Assembly (NCBI GenBank): GCA_002269645.1
Contig: NIVC01001879.1
Location: forward strand, 184,015 to 226,139
Origin: Macrostomum lignano
Lineage: Eukaryota
Reading direction: 5' to 3'
DNA: 42,125 nt
Positions 23,028 through 37,165 of this stretch are shown one piece after another. Numbering within the stretch: position 1 is the first letter of the stretch; every line of letters begins with the position of its first letter. A program made the translations under genes and the position numbers. The notes under the pieces are model-generated. The model was not told the origin of the DNA, searched no databases, and saw only the letters and a program-made list of their open reading frames with translations.

Positions 23028-24986
23028 ACTGGGAGCAGACTGGAAGCAGACTGGAAGCAGACTGGAAGCAGACTGGAAGCAGACTGGAAACAGACTGAAA
23101 ACAGACTGGAAGCAGACTGAAAACAGACTGAAAACAGACTGGAAGCAGACTGGAAACAGACTGAAAACAGACTGGAAGCAGACTGAAAACAGACTGGAAG
23201 CAGACTGGAAACAGACTGAAAACAGACTGGAAGCAGACTGGAAGCAGACTGGAAACAGACTGAAAACAGACTGGAAGCAGACTGGAAGCAGGCTGGAAAC
23301 AGACTGGAAGCAGACTGAAAACAGACTGGAAGCAGACTGGAAACAGACTGAAAACAGACTGGAAGCAGACTGGAAGCAGACTGGAAACAGACTAAAAACA
23401 GACTGGAAGCAGACTGAAAACAGACTGGAAGCAGACTGGAAACAGACTGAAAACAGACTGGAAGCAGACTGGAAACAGACTAAAAACAGACTGGAAGCAG
23501 ACTGAAAACAGACTGGAAGCAGACTGGAAACAGACTGAAAACAGACTGGAAGCAGACTGGAAACAGACTGAAAACAGACTGGAAGCAGACTGAAAACAGA
23601 CTGGAAGCAGACTGGAAACAGACTGGAAACAGACTGGAAGCAGACTGGAAGCAGACTGGAAACAGACTGAAAACAGACTGGAAGCAGACTGGAAGCAGGC
23701 TGGAAACAGACTGGAAGCAGACTGAAAACAGACTGGAAGCAGACTGGAAACAGACTGAAAACAGACTGGAAGCAGACTGGAAGCAGACTGGAAACAGACT
23801 AAAAACAGACTGGAAGCAGACTGAAAACAGATTGGAAGCAGACTGGAAACAGACTGAAAACAGACTGGAAGCAGACTGGAAACAGACTGAAAACAGACTG
23901 GAAGCAGACTGAAAACAGACTGGAAGCAGACTGGAAACAGACTGAAAACAGACTGGAAGCAGACTGGAAACAGACTGGAAGCAGACTGGAAACAGACTGA
24001 AAACAGACTGGAAGCAGACTGGAAGCAGGCTGGAAACAGACTGGAAGCAGACTGAAAACAGACTGGAAGCAGACTGGAAACAGACTGAAAACAGACTGGA
24101 AGCAGACTGGAAGCAGACTGGAAACAGACTAAAAACAGACTGGAAGCAGACTGAAAACAGACTGGAAGCAGACTGGAAACAGACTGAAAACAGACTGGAA
24201 GCAGACTGGAAACAGACTGAAAACAGACTGGAAGCAGACTGAAAACAGACTGGAAGCAGACTGGAAACAGACTGAAAACAGACTGGAAGCAGACTGGAAG
24301 CAGACTGGAAGCAGACTGGAAGCAGACTGGAAGCAGACTGGGAGCAGACTGGAAGCAGACTGGAAGCAGACTGGAAGCAGACTGAAAGCAGGCTGGAAAC
24401 AGACTGGAAGCAGACTGAAAACAGACTGGAAGCAGACTGGAAACAGACTGAAAACAGACTGGAAGCAGACTGGAAGCAGACTGGAAACAGACTAAAAACA
24501 GACTGGAAGCAGACTGAAAACAGACTGGAAGCAGACTGGAAACAGACTGAAAACAGACTGGAAGCAGACTGGAAACAGACTGAAAACAGACTGGAAGCAG
24601 ACTGAAAACAGACTGGAAGCAGACTGGAAACAGACTGAAAACAGACTGGAAACAGACTGAAAACAGACTGGAAGCAGACTGGAAACAGACTGAAAACAGA
24701 CTGGAAGCAGACTGGAAGCAGACTGGAAGCAGACTGGAAGCAGACTGGAAGCAGACTGGAAGCAGACTGGAAGCAGACTGGAAGCAGACTGGAAGCAGAC
24801 TGGAAGCAGGCTGGAAACAGAATGAAAACAGACTGGAAGCAGACTGGAAGAAGACTAGAAGCAGACTGGAAGCAGACTGGAAGCAGACTGGAAGCAGACT
24901 GGAAGCAGGCTGGAAACAGAATGAAAACAGACTGGAAGCAGACTGGAAGAAGACTAGAAGCAGACTGGAAGCAGACTGGAAGCAGA
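23028..24986. repeat. 11-bp minisatellite (CAGACTGGAAG / CAGACTGGAAA / CAGACTGAAAA)n
   Basis: Direct reading; variants recur in higher-order blocks. Confidence 0.97.
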
Positions 24987-25581
24987 TCATTCACAGATGG
25001 CTAAATACTTTCAACGGTGAAGACTCCTCATAACTCGCGAAATTATCGTAGAATTTAAAGCAGAAATCAATTGGATAAAAGGATAATAAAAGAAGCTTCT
25101 GCAGCTTTAAAACAACAGCATGTTCACTGGAATTCGATGCAAAGATTTCGGATTAACTGCGGGTTGTTTCCAGTCCAGGCCTACTGATGTTCATGGATTT
25201 CTAGGTGTGCACTGACCTGCTTCCAGTCCAGGTCTACAGTGCGTCCCTGGTTAACCTGTCGGTCTGCCAAGCGAGAACTGGAGAGAGAAGTCAGCACAAA
25301 TTGAGCGAGGACCCAGGGGAGGAACGGGCCCTCCCTAATGCTTGAGTCGTGTCTCTTTTAAGAATTGCCCCCCCCCCAATTCCGATTTATCGTCTACATT
25401 TTAATCCCACTTTTTGCTGATTGACTGTCAGCAGCAGCAGCAGTGGCAGCAGAATATTTTAAGTTGGCCTCTGGTCGGTTCCGTGATCCAATGGTAATGG
25501 CCTTTCTTTGTTTGAAGTCGGTTGCAACCCTTGACTAAAAATATACTTTTATGCTTTATTACATATGGAGGCAGGGAGGCT

Positions 25582-27524
25582 GGGAGTGCAGGGAGTGAAG
25601 GGAGTGCAGGGAGTGAAGGGAGTGCAGGGAGTGAAGGGAGTGCAGGGAGTGAAGGGAGTGAAGGGAGTGCAGGGAGTGAAGGGAGTGCAGGGAGTGCAGG
25701 GAGTGAATGGAGTGAAGGGAGTGAAGGGAGTGCAGGGAGTGAAGGGAGTGTAGGGAGTGCAGGGAGTGAAGGGAGTGAAGGGAGTGAAGGGAATGAAGGG
25801 AGTGCAGGGAGTGAAGGGAGTGCAGGGACTGAAGGGAGTGAAGGGAGTGAAGGGAGTGAAGGGAGTGCAGGGAGTGAAGGGAGTGCAGGGACTGAAGGGA
25901 GTGAAGGGAGTGCAGGGAGTGAAGGGAGTGCAGGGAGTGAAGGGAGTGCAGGGACTGAAGGGAGTGTAGGGAGTGCAGGGAGTGAAGGGAGTGAAGGGAG
26001 TGAAGGGAGTGAAGGGAGTGAAGGGAGTGCAGGGAGTGAAGGGAGTGTAGGGAGTGCAGGGAGTGAAGGGAGTGAAGGGAGTGAAGGGAGTGCAGGGAGT
26101 GCAGGGAGTGCAGGGAGTGAAGGGAGTGAAGGGAGTGTAGGGAGTGCAGGGAGTGAAGGGAGTGAAGGGAGTGAAGGGAATGAAGGGAGTGCAGGGAGTG
26201 AAGGGAGTGCAGGGAGTGCAGGGAGTGAAGGGAGTGCAGGGAGTGAAGGGAGTGCAGGGACTGAAGGGAGTGAAGGAAGTGAAGGGAGTGAAGGGAGTGC
26301 AGGGAGTGAATGGAGTGAAGGGAGTGAAGGGAGTGCAGGGAGTGAAGGGAGTGCAGGGAGTGCAGGGAGTGCAGGGAGTGCAGGGAGTGAATGGAGTGAA
26401 GGGAGTGAAGGGAGTGCAGGGAGTGAAGGGAGTGTAGGGAGTGCAGGGAGTGAAGGGAGTGAAGGGAGTGAAGGGAGTGCAGGGAGTGAAGGGAGTGCAG
26501 GGAGTGAAGGGAGTGCAGGGAGTGAAGGGAGTGAAGGGAGTGCAGGGAGTGCAGGGAGTGCAGGGAGTGAAGGGAGTGAAGGGAGTGCAGGGAGTGCAGG
26601 GAGTGAAGTGAGTGAAGGGAGTGAAGGGATTGATGGGAGTGCAGGGAGTGCAGGGAGTGCAGGGAGTGAAGGGAGTGCAGGGACTGAAGGGAGTGAAGGG
26701 AGTGAAGGGAGTGAAGGGAGTGCAGGGAGTGAAGGGAGTGCAGGGACTGAAGGGAGTGAAGGAAGTGAAGGGAGTGCAGGGAGTGCAGGGAGTGAATGGA
26801 GTGAAGAGAGTGCAGGGATTGCAGGGAGTGAAGGGAGTGCAGGGAGTGAAGGGAGTGCAGGGAGTGCAGGGAGTGCAGGGAGTGAAGGGAGTGAAGGGAG
26901 TGAAGGGAGTGAAGGGAGTGAAGGGAGTGTAGGGAGTGAAGGGAGTGAAGGGAGTGAAGGGAGTGAAGGGAGTGCAGGGAGTGAAGGGAGTGCAGGGAGT
27001 GCAGGGAGTGCAGGGAGTGAAGGGAGTGAAGGGAGTGCAGGGAGTGAAGGGAGTGCAGGGAGTGAAGGGAGTGCAGGGAGTGCAGGGAGTGCAGGGAGTG
27101 AAGGGAGTGAAGGGAGTGCAGGGAGTGCAGGGAGTGAAGGGAGTGCAGGGACTGAAGGGAGTGAAGGAAGTGAAGGGAGTGAAAGGAGTGCAGGGAGTGA
27201 AGGGAGTGCAGGGACTGAAGGGAGTGAAGGACGTGAAGGGAGTGAAAGGAGTGCAGGGAGTGCAGGGAGTGAATGGAGTGAAGGGAGTGCAGGGAGTGAA
27301 GGGAGTGAAGGGAGTGAAGGGAGTGCAAGGGAGTGCAGGGAGTGCAGGGAGTGAAGGGAGTGAAGGGAGTGAAGGGAGTGAAGGGAGTGTAGGGAGTGAA
27401 GGGAGTGAAGGGAGTGAAGGGAGTGCAGGGAGTGAAGGGAGTGCAGGGAGTGCAGGGAGTGCAGGGAGTGAAGGGAGTGCAGGGAGTGCAGGGAGTGCAG
27501 GGAGTGCAGGGAGTGAAGGGAGTG
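25582..27524. repeat. 9-bp G-rich minisatellite (GGGAGTG[A/C]A)n, about 215 units
   Basis: Direct reading. Confidence 0.98.
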
Positions 27525-27928
27525 GCTACAAGCAGATGGCTGTGTAAAGTTCCGTCTTAGCCAGCCGAAGATGTAGCCAAAATTATAATTCTAGCCAACA
27601 TTTGTATCGAACAGCCAGTCGGGTTGGAAATTCGAATCCAATCCTGTCTCGCCGGGTCAGAAATCAATCGATTGCATCGCTTGCAGCGCTCGGACTGACG
27701 CTGTTAATCCACCCTGGCTTTGGCCGATCCAAAATTGAGCAAAAAAGTTCAAATAGAAGCTCGGCAGCCTTTTTAACTTAAAATTGGGAAAGCAGAATGG
27801 CCAAGCCAATAGACTGGGGATCTCACAAGAGTTTGATAATCCCCATGGCTAAAAATCTCCCACATCCCGATCGAGTAGAGGCCGACAAACTGTACTTTTG
27901 TGAGCTCAGGGGTTTTTTCTACAGGTCA

Positions 27929-28210
27929 TTCTCCCTGATTCTCCCAGACTCCCAGCTCCCAGATTATCCCTGATTCTCCCAGATTCTCCCAGATTCTCCC
28001 AGATTCTCCCTGATTCTCCCTGATTCTCCCAGATTCTCCCAGATTCTCCCAGATTCTCCCTGATTCTCCCAGACTCTCCCAGATTCTCCCAGACTCTCCC
28101 AGACTCTCTCAGAGTCTCCCAGACTCTCCCAGACTCTCCCAGACTCTCCCAGACTCTCCCAGACTCTCCCAGACTCTCCCAGACTCTCCCAGACTCTCCA
28201 GATTCCCCAG
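27929..28210. repeat. 10-bp minisatellite (CCAGA[T/C]TCTC)n, array B
   Basis: Direct reading; same unit as 22086-22373. Confidence 0.95.
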
Positions 28211-28816
28211 AGTCTTCCAGCTTCTTATATTTATTCTAAACTTTAAGTGAGAACGGAAAGGCTGTCATATCTGCTGCTGGCCTCTCAGTCAGCATCTCAA
28301 TAGTCAATAACCAGTGGGATTCCGTACTAGAAGGTTTGAAACCTGAATCCCACCTTCAGTTTTTGATTGTCAATCTCAGATAAATTAGTGACCTTATTGA
28401 AGTTCAACGAAGGAGGCACGAGTTACCCAAGCCCAGATTGCTAGGGTCACCAGTGGTTCTGAGAGCAACTTCGATTAATAGCGCCCCATCTAGCCGGGTG
28501 CAGAAAGTGGAAATCTGTGTCTTGAAGGGTCGCGTTCTGCCGGGCACTCGAGGGAGAGAGGAGAAAACTTATTTTTGCCCCAGATTGATGAAGCCATTCT
28601 CACACGCACAGCCTCCGCGGCCTGCCGAAAATCCCAGTTAGCTCGGCGGCTCAGCAGCTGCAGCAACCCCCCCTTTCCCCAGCAGCTCAGCCCTGCTCTC
28701 AGGGGGGGGGGCAGAATTTCTGCAAATAATCATTTCATTAATTGGTGCACTTCTGCTTCCGCGGCAGGAGCACTCCCTCAGCCAGTTAATGGTCGGTGCT
28801 GATCAGCGCATGCTGC

Positions 28817-30288
28817 CTCTGTGTCCCTATCCCTGTCTCTGTTGTGTCCCTATCCCTGTCTCTGTTGTGTCCCTATCCCTGTCTCTGCTGTGTCCCTATC
28901 CCTGTCTCTGTTGTGTCCCAATCCCTGTCTCTGTTGTGTCCCTATCCATGTCTCTGTTGTGTCCCTATCCCTGTCTCTGTTGTGTCCCTACCCCTGTCTC
29001 TGTTGTGTCCCTATCCCTGTCTCTGTTGTGTCCCTATCCATGTCTCTGTTGTGTCCCTATCCATGTCTCTGTTGTGTCCCTATCCCTGTCTCTGTTGTGT
29101 CCCTATCCCTGTCTCTGTTGTGTCCCTATCCCTGTCTCTGTTGTGTCCCTATCCATGTCTCTGTTGTGTCCCTATCCATGTCTCTGTTGTGTCCCTATCC
29201 CTGTCTCTGTTGTGTCCCTATCCATGTCTCTGTTGTGTCCCTATCCCTGTCTCTGTTGTGTCCCTATCCCTGTCTCTGCTGTGTCCCTATCCCTGTCTCT
29301 GTTGTGTCCCTATCCCTGTCTCTGTTGTGTCCCTATCCCTGTCTCTGTTGTGTCCCTATCCCTGTCTCTGCTGTGTCCCTATCCCTTTCTCTGTTGTGTC
29401 CCTATCCATGTCTCTGTTGTGTCTCTATCCATGTCTCTGTTGTGTCCCTATCCCTGTCTCTGTTGTGTCCCTATCCATGTCTCTGTTGTGTCTCTATCCC
29501 TGTCTCTGTTGTGTCCCTATCCCTGTCTCTGTTGTGTCCCTATCCCTGTCTCTGTTGTGTCTCTATCCCTGTCTCTGTTGTGTCCCTATCCCTGTCTCTG
29601 CTGTGTCCCTATCCCTGTCTCTGTTGTGTCCCTATCCATGTCTCTGTTGTGTCTCTATCCCTGTCTCTGTTGTGTCCCTATCCCTGTCTCTGCTATGTCC
29701 CTATCCCTGTCTCTGTTGTGTCCCTATCCATGTCTCTGTTGTGTCTCTATCCCTGTCTCTGTTGTGTCTCTATCCTGTCTCTGTTGTGTCCCTATCCCTG
29801 TCTCTGTTGTGTCCCTATCCCTGTCTCTGTTGTGTCCCTATCCCTGTCTATGTTGTGTCCCTATCCCTGTCTCTGTTGTGTCCCTATCCCTGTCTCTGTT
29901 GTGTCCCTATCCCTGTCTCTGTTGTGTCCCTATCCCTGTCTCTGCTGTGTCCCTATCCCTGTCTCTGTTGTGTTCCTATCCATGTCTCTGTTGTGTCCCT
30001 ATCCCTGTCTCTGTTGTGTCCCTATCCCTGTCTCTGTTGTGTCCCTATCCCTGTCTCTGTTGTGTCCCTATCCCTTTCTCTGTTGTGTCCCTATCCCTGT
30101 CTCTGTTGTGTCCCTATCCCTGTCTCTGTTGTGTCCCTATCCCTGTCTCTGCTGTGTCCCTATCCCTGTCTCTGTTGTGTTCCTATCCATGTCTCTGTTG
30201 TGTCCCTATCCCTGTCTCTGTTGTGTCCCTATCCCTGTCTCTGTTGTGTCCCTATCCCTGTTCTCTGTTGTGTCCCTATCCATGTCTC
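28817..30288. repeat. 23-bp minisatellite (GTCCCTATCCCTGTCTCTGTTGT)n, array 1
   Basis: Direct reading; decays gradually into unique sequence on the right. Confidence 0.97.
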
Positions 30289-30811
30289 AATCTATGTCTC
30301 TATCACGTCTATTCCTGTCTGCTTCTACCTCATTCTGTGTCTATCTCTTCATATCTGCCCCAAAAATATACATCTTTCCCAATCTCATATGCTACCTTTC
30401 TCTCCCCCTCACTTCAGTCCCAATCACAGCTTCTTCGTGTATTTCCCCAGTCAGTCTATATATTAAACAGTCAATCAGGATCTGCAGAGGCTAAATAAAG
30501 TTCTATTTAATTGTATGAGTATATTAGAAAACCGCATTAGTGCGAATGGACTCACGGATCGTCACTCAATCGACCTTCAACCTGTCCGCCGAAAATTCCC
30601 AAACCTGCCTCTCTCTCTCTCCCTCCCTCTCTCTCTCTTTCTCTCCCCGGCCGATTCTGAAAAAAGAGGAGGCCAAGCCGGGAAGTGAAGCAAGCTGGTG
30701 CGGGCGGATCGATGCTTAATCGAGTGTTGCGATCCGAGAGCCGCTTGACCTGAGCCGGCAGCGGGAAATGCGGCTGGTCCGCGATCAAAGGACTCGAAGC
30801 ACGACCCCTTC

Positions 30812-31326
<515 letters not shown>

Positions 31327-32368
31327 GCAAACAATGCAAACAACAAATGCAAACAAACGCACCCCGGCCCCCGGCAGCTCCAATCAATCACAATTCCGAC
31401 TCGCTCCAGTGCTCACACGAACCCATCATGCGAGCTGAGGAGGAAGAGCGCACTGGAAGATTCAGACTCCGGTTATCCCCACGGGGCCAAGACGGGCCGA
31501 GTCGGAGAAGGAAAAGCGGGAGACAGAAGAAAAAATGCAGATGAGATGAAAGGCGTTCAACAGAAACTGCCTGGTCCCGAGAGAGACCGGACTGTTTCTA
31601 TGGAAAGCGCTGGAGTTCGGTGTGCACTGCGGGGCAAAGGAAGCCGCTTCGCGGCAGCCAGGCAAGCGCCAGACCTCCTTCGAATTCTGCGCAGAGCCGA
31701 GCGCATCTTCGCAATATTAACTCTGCAGTTCGAGTCAGATGGAGCGCGCGCAATTCGATGGGCCGTGTGTCAGGCAATCCTAAAACAGCGCTTTGGGCCT
31801 GCAACAACACAAGCTGATGGCAGACCAGAAATTCATTGGGCCGCTTTGTCGGGTCTATACTGACGAACAGGGGACGGTGGGCGGCTTCTGATGGAGAAAT
31901 TTTATCTGTCCAAACTGCCGAAGGGAGAGGCTGGGATCTGAATGGGGGGGGCACTTGATGTTACCCTGGCAGCATAAACTGACCCGTGTCTCGCTCTGTC
32001 CGTCTGTCTGTCTGCCTGTTTATCCGACTGTTTGTCTCCCAAAAGCCTGACTGCCCCCTTCCAGTTTCATTCTTTATGGATGCACTGGAGAGAGGCCAGG
32101 AACCCCGCAGTGCTGCATGCCTGGAAGCTCTTCCTGTCTGTGTAGGGGCGCCGGTCCACGGACCACCACTTCAAACTGGAGAGCTGCAAAAAGTGTCTCT
32201 GCGGCAAAAAGAGCGGAGGGGATTTCGCTGTTCGGTTGTGAAGCTTCGGTCAGAGTAGTGTGTCCGCGACTGCTGTGGATTCAGTGCAAGAATGAAGCTT
32301 AGATCCGGGAAGGCTGCGGAAGATGAATTAAAGAAATGTCCTTAAGGATCTTGTAAGGAAAGTAGAAA

Positions 32369-33145
32369 GGACGGGGTAGAGAGAGGATGGGGTAGAGAGA
32401 GGATGGGGTAGAGAGAGGATGGGGTAGAGAGAGGATGGGGTAGAGAGAGGATGGGATAGAAAGAGGATGGGGTAGAGAGAGGATGGTGTACATAGAGGAT
32501 GGGGTAGAGAGAGGATGGGGTAGAGAGAGGATGGGGTAGAGAGAGGATGGGGTAGAGAGAGGATGGTGTACATAGAGGATGGGGTAGAGAGAGGATGGGG
32601 TAGAGAGAGGATGGGGTAGAGAGAGGATGGGGTAGAGAGAGGATGGGGTAGAGAGAGGATGGGGTAGAGAGGGGATGGGGTAGAGAGAGGATGGGGTAGA
32701 GAGAGGATGGGTAGAGAGAGGATGGGGTAGAGAGAGGATGGTGTACATAGAGGATGGAGTAGAGAGAGGATGGGGTAGAGAGAGGATGGGGTAGAGAGGG
32801 GATGGGGTAGAGAGAGGATGGGGTAGAGAGAGGATGGGGTAGAGAGAGGATGGGGTAGAGAGAGGATGGGGTAGAGAGAGGATGGTGTACATAGAGGATG
32901 GGGTAGAGAGAGGATGGGGTAGAGAGAGGATGGGGTAGAGAGAGGATGGGGTAGAGAGAGGATGGTGTACATAGAGGATGGGGTAGAGAGAGGATGGGGT
33001 AGAGAGAGGATGGGGTAGAGAGAGGATGGGGTAGAGAGAGGATGGGGTAGAGAGAGGATGGGGTGGAGAGAGGATGGGGTAGAGAGAGGATGGTGTACAT
33101 AGAGGATGGAGTAGAGAGGACAGGGCAGAGGGGGTAGAGAGAGGA
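32369..33145. repeat. 16-bp purine-rich minisatellite (ATGGGGTAGAGAGAGG)n
   Basis: Direct reading. Confidence 0.96.
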
Positions 33146-33187
33146 CAATCCGAAATCGCTAACAACATGACTTATGGACCATCCCAG

Positions 33188-33453
33188 CGAGCCCCTATGC
33201 GACCCTCCATCTGTCAACTCTCTCTGCCAGGTGGCAACAGCAGCCGGGACGCCGAGTCGCACTGGATTCCCCCTGGGCCAGCGACCCCATCACAGGCGGT
33301 CATCACGCTCCCAGTGACTGCTCGCCAGGCAAGTCGGTGCTCATCCTGGTGCCCTACAGGCAGCGGGAGCAGCACCTGGCGGCTCTGCTGAGCTACCTGC
33401 ACCCGATTCTGCAGCGGCAGCAGCTCTGCTACAGCATTGTGGTTGGAGAGCAG
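33188..33453 (+). CDS. GT7 transferase exon 2
   Basis: Branch-like CTAAC at about 33159 and first downstream AG at 33186-33187 (phase 1); GGHHAPSDC..SVLILVPYRQREQHLAALLSYLHPILQRQQLCYSIVVGEQ; donor CAG|GTGAGG at 33454; 3-prime part certain, acceptor inferred. Confidence 0.88.
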
Positions 33454-33544
33454 GTGAGGCCTAATTAGGCTATCCGGTCTTAAGGTCTGAGAACTCCTTA
33501 GGTTAGCGTGCAGGGAGCTGCGGTCGCATTCATTCTGGGAGACC

Positions 33545-33830
33545 TACATAACCTGAGCCTCCTGGACCTTCCCTGAAGGATCCACAACACTGAACCCTCT
33601 GGATCTCCCCTGATCCTGCTGAAGGACCCACACTCCCTGACCTCCTGGACCTGCCCTGAAGGACCCACACCCTGAGCCACCCTGATCCTTCTGAAGGATC
33701 CTCTCGCTGAACCTCCCTGATCCTGCTGAAAGACCCACACCCTGAGCCACCCTGATCCTTCTGAAGGACCCTCACCCCTAAAGGCCCTGAAACCCTGCTA
33801 ATTCTAAGAAACCACGCCCCGTTGAGCCCT
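33545..33830. repeat. Degenerate repeat with CCCTGA..CTGAAGGACCC motifs
   Basis: Recurrent words, irregular period. Confidence 0.6.
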
Positions 33831-34367
33831 AGCAACAGCCCCTGAGCCTGAGGTCATCCTCATCAAGATCTCAGCCTCCTATTCTAACGCGGATGTGTTG
33901 TTGCCCTCAGTTCCGCGCATCTTGGAACTTCCGGTCTGGAAGTGCGGCCTCAGTTTCTCAAACTCCCAGCGTGTAGAAAGGGATCTCGCATCCCAACGAG
34001 TCTCTTCCCCATTCTTCCTAATAGAGCGCCTTCCCAAATTGGGGCTCCCTCGCTTCCCCTTCTCCCCTCGAGGCAAACGCGGGGATCCAGCGGCCTTAAT
34101 GAAATTCCATCGACTGCTCCGAACTTCCGAATTGAGAAAGGCGGTCACAGCGGAGGGCTGGCTCTAATTTCTCAAGTCCGCAAAGCGGCTTTCAGCTTGG
34201 GAGGGAGCCCGCCCCATGTTTGATTACATTGCGGCTCCGGCTGTGTCAGTCAACATCTTTTCATGTCACTCAGAGTCGCCACTCCGCTCTGCTCTGCAAC
34301 TGACAGGCAGCCAGTAAGCTCGTGCGATGCTGGAGTTCTGAAACCTCCGTTTGAATGCGCCACTCTC

Positions 34368-34700
34368 ACAGTCACTCTTCTCTCTAGGAGTGTCACTCTC
34401 CCAAATCACTCTTCTCTCTAGGAGTGCCACTCTCACAGTCACTCTTCTCTCTAGGAGTGTCACTCTCCCAAATCACTCTTCTGTCTAGGAGTGTCACTCT
34501 CACAGTCACTCTTCTCTCTAGGAGCGTCACTCTCACAGTCACTCTTCTCTCTAGGAGTGTCACTCTCACAATCTTTCCTCTCTCTAGAAGTGTCACTCTC
34601 TCTGTCACCCCTCTCGTAGAAGTGTCACTCTCTCAGTCACTCCTCTCACTAGAAAAGTCACTCTCTGTCACTCCTCTCACTAAAAAGGTCACTCCCGCTG
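34368..34700. repeat. 33-bp minisatellite (GTCACTCTTCTCTCTAGGAGTGTCACTCTCACA), decaying to the right
   Basis: Direct reading; 11-aa periodicity in the overlapping ORFs. Confidence 0.88.
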
Positions 34701-35408
34701 TCACTCGTCCATCAGAAGTTTTTCTCTACCAGTCCGCCAGTCACTCTGCTCGCGGCACTCCTAGCACAAGTTAACCACTTGTCTCAAGTTTACCATCATA
34801 AAGTTGGGCTCCTCAAAAAGTGCTGAATCATTGGCAGCATGGCGCACAGCCTCCGCTCCTCTCTCACTCTCCCCTTCATCAGCGCTTACTCCGCCCCGAA
34901 ATTTCTTATTTTTTCTCAACCCCGAGCCAGCAGCCCTTCCAATTTTTTACTGGAGTGAAATTCCTCATGTCCCACCACGCGGTGCAGCGGGACCGCATAG
35001 CATTAATCATTTACTAAACATTTTTCTCAGACTTCATCGTCTCTCCTTAGTCCCTTGCCGCCCTCTGCGCTTGGCTCGCCTGACCGAAATTTTATCATAT
35101 ATTAATGAAGATCCCCCGGCTACTGCGGGTGAAGCATGCTTAAGATAAAATAATAAATTATTCAAGGCAAAATGCTCTTCGCATAGTGGAAGGCGTTGCT
35201 CTTTGGCCCATTTAACTCTGTATATGTTCAGACACATTGTTATGAAGTTAATTAAAAAGAGTCAAAATTTAGTATTGAGCGCATTGTCCCTTAGAAAAAT
35301 CAATTAGGCTTAAATTGAAATACAGAGCTACGGCCCACAAATACTAGAATATCTAGATAGTTACGAGTGCCACTCGCAACAAACACCTCATCTACTACTC
35401 ATATTTTG

Positions 35409-37165
35409 TCTCTGTTGTGTCTCTATCCCTGTCTCTGTTGTGTCTCTATCCCTGTCTCTGTTGTGTCTCTATCCCTGTCTCTGTTGTGTCTCTATCCCTG
35501 TCTCTGTTGTGTCTCTATCCCTGTCTCTGTTGTGTCCCTATCCGTGTCTCTGTTGTGTCCCTATCCCTGTCTCTGTTGTGTCCCTATCCGTGTCTCTGTT
35601 GTGTCCCTATCCCTGTCTCTGTTGTGTCTCTATCCCTGTCTCTGTTGTGTCTCTATCCCTGTCTCTGTTGTGTCCCTATCCGTGTCTCTGTTGTGTCCCT
35701 ATCCCTGTCTCTGTTGTGTCTCTATCCCTGTCTCTGTTGTGTCCCTATCCGTGTCTCTGTTGTGTCCCTATCCGTGTCTCTGTTGTGTCCCTATCCCTGT
35801 CTCTGTTGTGTCTCTATCCCTGTCTCTGTTGTGTCCCTATCCGTGTCTCTGTTGTGTCCCTATCGGTGTCTCTGTTGTGTCTCTATCCCTGTCTCTGTTG
35901 TGTCCCTATCGGTGTCTCTGTTGTGTCTCTATCCCTGTCTCTGTTGTGTCTCTATCCCTGTCTCTGTTGTGTCCCTATCCGTGTCTCTGTTGTGTCCCTA
36001 TCCGTGTCTCTGTTGTGTCCCTATCCGTGTCTCTGTTGTGTCCCTATCCGTGTCTGTTGTGTCCCTATCCGTGTCTCTGTTGTGTCCCTATCCGTGTCTC
36101 TGTTGTGTCCCTATCCGTGTCTCTGTTGTGTCCCTATCGGTGTCTCTGTTGTGTCCCTATCCGTGTCTCTGTTGTGTCCCTATCCGTGTCTCTGTTGTGT
36201 CCCTATCCGTGTCTCTGTTGTGTCCCTATCCATGTCTCTGTTGTGTCCCTATCCGTGTCTCTGTTGTGTCCCTATCCGTGTCTCTGTTGTGTCCCTATCC
36301 GTGTCTCTGTTGTGTCCCTATCGGTGTCTCTGTTGTGTCCCTATCCGTGTCTCTGTTGTGTCCCTATCGGTGTCTCTGTTGTGTCCCTATCGGTGTCTCT
36401 GTTGTGTCCCTATCCCTGTCTCTGTTGTGTCCCTATCCATGTCTCTGTTGTGTCCCTATCCGTGTCTCTGTTGTGTCCCTATCCGTGTCTCTGTTGTGTC
36501 CCTATCCGTGTCTCTGTTGTGTCCCTATCCCTGTCTCTGTTGTGTCCCTATCCGTGTCTCTGTTGTGTCCCTATCCGTGTCTGTTGTGTCCCTATCCCTG
36601 TCTCTGTTGTGTCCCTATCCGTGTCTCTGTTGTGTCCCTATCCGTGTCTCTGTTGTGTCCCTATCCGTGTCTCTGTTGTGTCTCTATCCGTGTCTCTGTT
36701 GTGTCCCTATCCGTGTCTCTGTTGTGTCTCTATCCCTGTCTCTGTTGTGTCTCTATCCGTGTGTCTGTTGTGTCCCTATCCCTGTCTCTGTTGTGTCCCT
36801 ATCCCTGTCTCTGTTGTGTCTCTATCCCTGTCTCTGTTGTGTCCCTATCCGTGTCTCTGTTGTGTCCCTATCCGTGTCTCTGTTGTGTCTCTATCCCTGT
36901 CTCTGTTGTGTCCCTATCCGTGTCTCTGTTGTGTCCCTATCCGTGTCTCTGTTGTGTCCCTATCCGTGTCTCTGTTGTGTCCCTATCCGTGTCTCTGTTG
37001 TGTCTCTATCCCTGTCTCTGTTGTGTCCCTATCCGTGTCTCTGTTGTGTCCCTATCGGTGTCTCTGTTGTGTCCCTATCCCTGTCTCTGTTGTGTCCCTA
37101 TCCATGTCTCTGTTGTGTCCCAATCCGTGTCTCTGTTGTGTCTCTATCCCTTTCTCTGTTGTGTC
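35409..37165. repeat. 23-bp minisatellite array 2 (same family as 28817-30288), flanked by a 22-bp direct repeat
   Basis: CTCATCTACTACTCATATTTTG at 35387-35408 and 37181-37202. Confidence 0.97.

Noticed and set aside
25522-27547. 610-aa Gly/Ser/Glu ORF, collagen-like GVK/GVQ ORFs and 589-aa antisense His/Ser/Leu ORF
   Set aside because: All are translations of a 9-bp repeat; no signal peptide, no splice signals, located in an intron
33229-33243. Alternative exon 2 acceptors (33230, 33240, 33243) with a good pyrimidine tract
   Set aside because: Phase 2 or 0, incompatible with the exon 1 donor unless an unseen exon exists; AG 33187 fits both phase and branch point. Not fully excluded
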